A DNA stretch of 64,000 bases from the human T2T-CHM13v2.0 reference genome, Homo sapiens: assembly GCF_009914755.1 (NCBI RefSeq), contig NC_060929.1; one strand, 5' to 3'. A program made the translations under genes and the position numbers. Positions 59,480 through 64,000 of the stretch are shown here, piece by piece; within the stretch, counting starts at the first letter, position 1; each line of letters starts with the position of its first letter. The notes under the pieces were generated by a model, which was not told the DNA's origin, ran no database searches, and saw only the letters and a list, made by a program, of their open reading frames with translations.

Positions 59480-61310
59480 GATGCAGAAAAGGAATATAAC
59501 AAATAAAGAGTTATTTTTAAAAAACAGTGATAAATATGTTTTTGAGATCCATAGGATAAGATATATTAATAATTGAAGAGTTATGGAATTTCAGGACAGA
59601 TATGTAAACTCTAAAAGGAGAATGAAAGAGGCATCCTACAACAGTAAAACATAATATCAGAAATAAGAATTAATTTGGATGAGCTTGATAGCAGACTAGA
59701 CAATACAGTAAAATGGATTAGTAAACTTGAAATAAGGTCAATAAAAATCATCCAAACTGAAGCACAGAGAGAAAATATATTGAAAGAAATCTTGATGATA
59801 TTTGATGGTCTGTGGAGCAATATCAAATGGTGTAATCAGAACCTAAAAGGAGGCTAGAGAGAATGAGACAGAAAAAAAAACTGATGATATAATAGCCAAA
59901 CTATTTCCAAAGTTAATCTAAACAATATTTCACATATCTAGGAGGTTCAGCAAAACACAGGCAAGGTTTTTTTCAACTCTAGGTAGAGCACAAACATCTG
60001 AAAACCGAAGATAAAGAAATAATCTTGAAGAGAGCTACAGAAAATGAACACACAAAACACAAGGAAATGCTAATAAAAATGATGACTGAGTTCTCACAGA
60101 AATATGGAGACCAGAATAAATGGGTAAAAAACATCTTTAAAGTGCTGGAAAAGAAAACTGCCATCGCAAAATTTTATATACCATAAAAAATACCTTTCAA
60201 AAATGAGAGCAAAATAAAGACATTTTCTGATAAATGAAAACAGAGAATTTGAGGCTAGCACAGCCACACTAAAAGAAATACGAAAGGAATTTCTTCAGGC
60301 TGAATTTAAATGACACCAGATGGAAATATTGATGTATAGGAAATGATAAAGAGGAGTGAGAACTGTACATATATAAGTAACTTTAAAATATTATTTCTAT
60401 TTCTTTTTTAACATTTTAAGTCTGACTTTTTAAAGCATGAATAATGACAATGTACTGTGGAGTTTATAACATATGTATCAGTAAAATACATGACAAAAAT
60501 AGAACAAAAGATGGAAGTTAGGTAAATTAAAGTATCCTTTTGTAAATTTCTTACATTAAATGTAAAGTGGTATAGTAGCAATTCAAATAACACTGTTACA
60601 AATTAAGGAAAGACTGTAATCCCTTTAGCAAACACTGAAAATATAATACAGATTTAGGTCTTTAAAAAATAGAGGGCATAGAATGTAATAACATAAAATA
60701 TTCAGTGGGAAAGAAAATGGGAAAGGAGAAACAATGAACAGAGAGAATGAGAAGAAATAGTAATATGATAAATTTAAATCTATGCATATGAATAATTGTA
60801 TCATGTACAATTGAATTAAATGCTCCAATTAAATGGCAGACATTGTCATACTTGATAAAAAGCAACAATTATTTTATACTCATTTTAAATATAAAACAGA
60901 CAGGCTGAAAATGAAAAGAAGAGAAATGTACCACACAACTGGTAAGCATAAGAAAGCAAGTATGAGTTGTATTAATATCGAACAGACTTCATGTCAACAA
61001 GCATTAACAGAGATTATCAGATACATTTCAGAGGGATAAAAGCACCAATTCTTCAAGAAGACATATAATCATAAATGTACACTCACCTAATAACAAACTT
61101 TCAATATCTGTGAAACAAAATTGAGAGCAGTAAAAGAAGTTAGACAATTTTATCATCATAGTAGATATTAACACCCACTCACAGTAATTGATAGAGCGAG
61201 TAGCCCAAAATATCAGTAAGGATACAGTATATTTGAACAACATATTTAACCAATTTCAACTACTTATATTTAAAGAACACTACACCCAAAAACATTAAAA
61301 CACACATACT
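59480..61310 (+). mobile_element. Old L1M LINE fragment (ORF1 to start of ORF2, decayed); probably continues 5' to ~58170
   Basis: A-rich; ORF 59675..59857 (LDSRLDNTVKWISKLEIRSIKIIQTEAQRE) resembles the L1 ORF1p coiled coil; ttaaatgctccaattaaa resembles the ORF2 endonuclease start. Confidence 0.78.
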
Positions 61311-61314
61311 TTTT

Positions 61315-62290
61315 AAATTTTTTAAATTTATTTTTTAATTGATGCATTGTAATGGTAAATATTTAAGGGGTATGATTTGATGTTTTGAGACCTATATGTT
61401 ATATAATGATCCAATCAGGCTGGTTAGTATATCCATCAGCTCATGCATTTATCCTTTCTTTGTGGTGAGAACATTCAAGAGCCTCTCTTCTAGCTATTTT
61501 GTAATACAAAATAATTTACTGTCTACCACAGTCACTACTGTGAACTCCAGAACACCAGAATTTATTCCTCCTAACTAATTGTAACTTTGTACCCATTGAC
61601 AAACCTCTCCCCATTCTCTCCTTCCGCTCTCCCTCTCCAATCTCTAGTAACCACTGTTCTACTTTTTGCTTCTATGATATATTAACTTTTTTTTTAAGAT
61701 TCCACATATGAGTGAGATCATACAGTATTTCTCTTTCTGTGTCTGGCTTATTTCACTTAATATGATGTCTTCCAGCTTCATCCATATTGTTCCAAATGAC
61801 AAGATTTTATTTTGTGGCTGAGTATATATCATGTTTTATTTATCCATTCATCCATTGTTGGACAGTTTGGTTGATTCCATATCTTGGCTATTGTAAATAG
61901 CACTGCAATAAGCATGGCAGTGCAGGTATATGTTCTACATACTTTCATTTCTTCTGGATATATATTCAACAGTTGGATTGCTGGATAATAGGGTAGTTTC
62001 ATCTTTTGTTTATTGATGAACCTCCATATGGTTGTCCATAATGGCTGTACTAGTTTACAATCCGGCAACAGTGTGTAAGTGTTCCCTTTTCTTCACAGCC
62101 TAGCCAATACTTGTTTTCTTTTGTCTTTCTAATAACAGCCATTCTAACTGGACTAAGGTGGTATCTCACTGTGGTTTTGATTTTCATTTCCCTGATGATT
62201 AGTGATGTTGAATATTTTTTCACGTTTGTTGGCCATTTGTATGTCCTCTTTTGAGAAATGTCTGTTAAGGTCTTTTGCCCATTTTTTATG
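61315..62290 (-). mobile_element. L1MA-type LINE 3' end
   Basis: Reverse L1 3' UTR and ORF2 C-terminus; ORF 61829..62068 (CKLVQPLW...LFTIAKIWNQPNCP) is the decayed ORF2p C-terminal domain. Confidence 0.88.
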
Positions 62291-62300
62291 AAAGAGAATC

Positions 62301-64000
<1,700 letters not shown>

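Overview
Primate (very probably human) genomic DNA holding the 3' end of the AMPA-type glutamate receptor gene GRIA1 (GluA1) on the + strand. It contains the mutually exclusive 115-nt flop (9821-9935) and flip (10676-10790) exons, the M4/proximal-tail exon (17555-17689), and the terminal exon (coding 26207-26407, ending in the PDZ ligand -ATGL), with a ~2.6-kb 3' UTR ending near 29050. Upstream exons lie outside the window. The remaining ~35 kb is repeat-rich flank (Alu/FLAM/FAM, L2, MIR, hAT and Tigger DNA elements, MaLR/ERVL LTRs, nested L1s, a ~650-bp AT-only tract). Nearly all other ORFs in the track are repeat-derived or chance. I see no new gene. The best second-look candidates are RNA-level: (i) a near-perfect hairpin over the flip acceptor whose 5' arm is also complementary to a 10-nt motif shared with the flop acceptor (possible docking/selector switch); (ii) a GC hairpin hiding two decoy AGs just before the pyrimidine-poor terminal-exon acceptor; (iii) an open read-through frame after the weak M4 donor that resembles the start of the GluA2/GluA4 short tail; (iv) a perfect 162-bp tandem duplication carrying a potential poison exon. 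Repeat subfamily names come from recalled consensus sequences and their boundaries are approximate. Novelty of the findings could not be checked against the literature.
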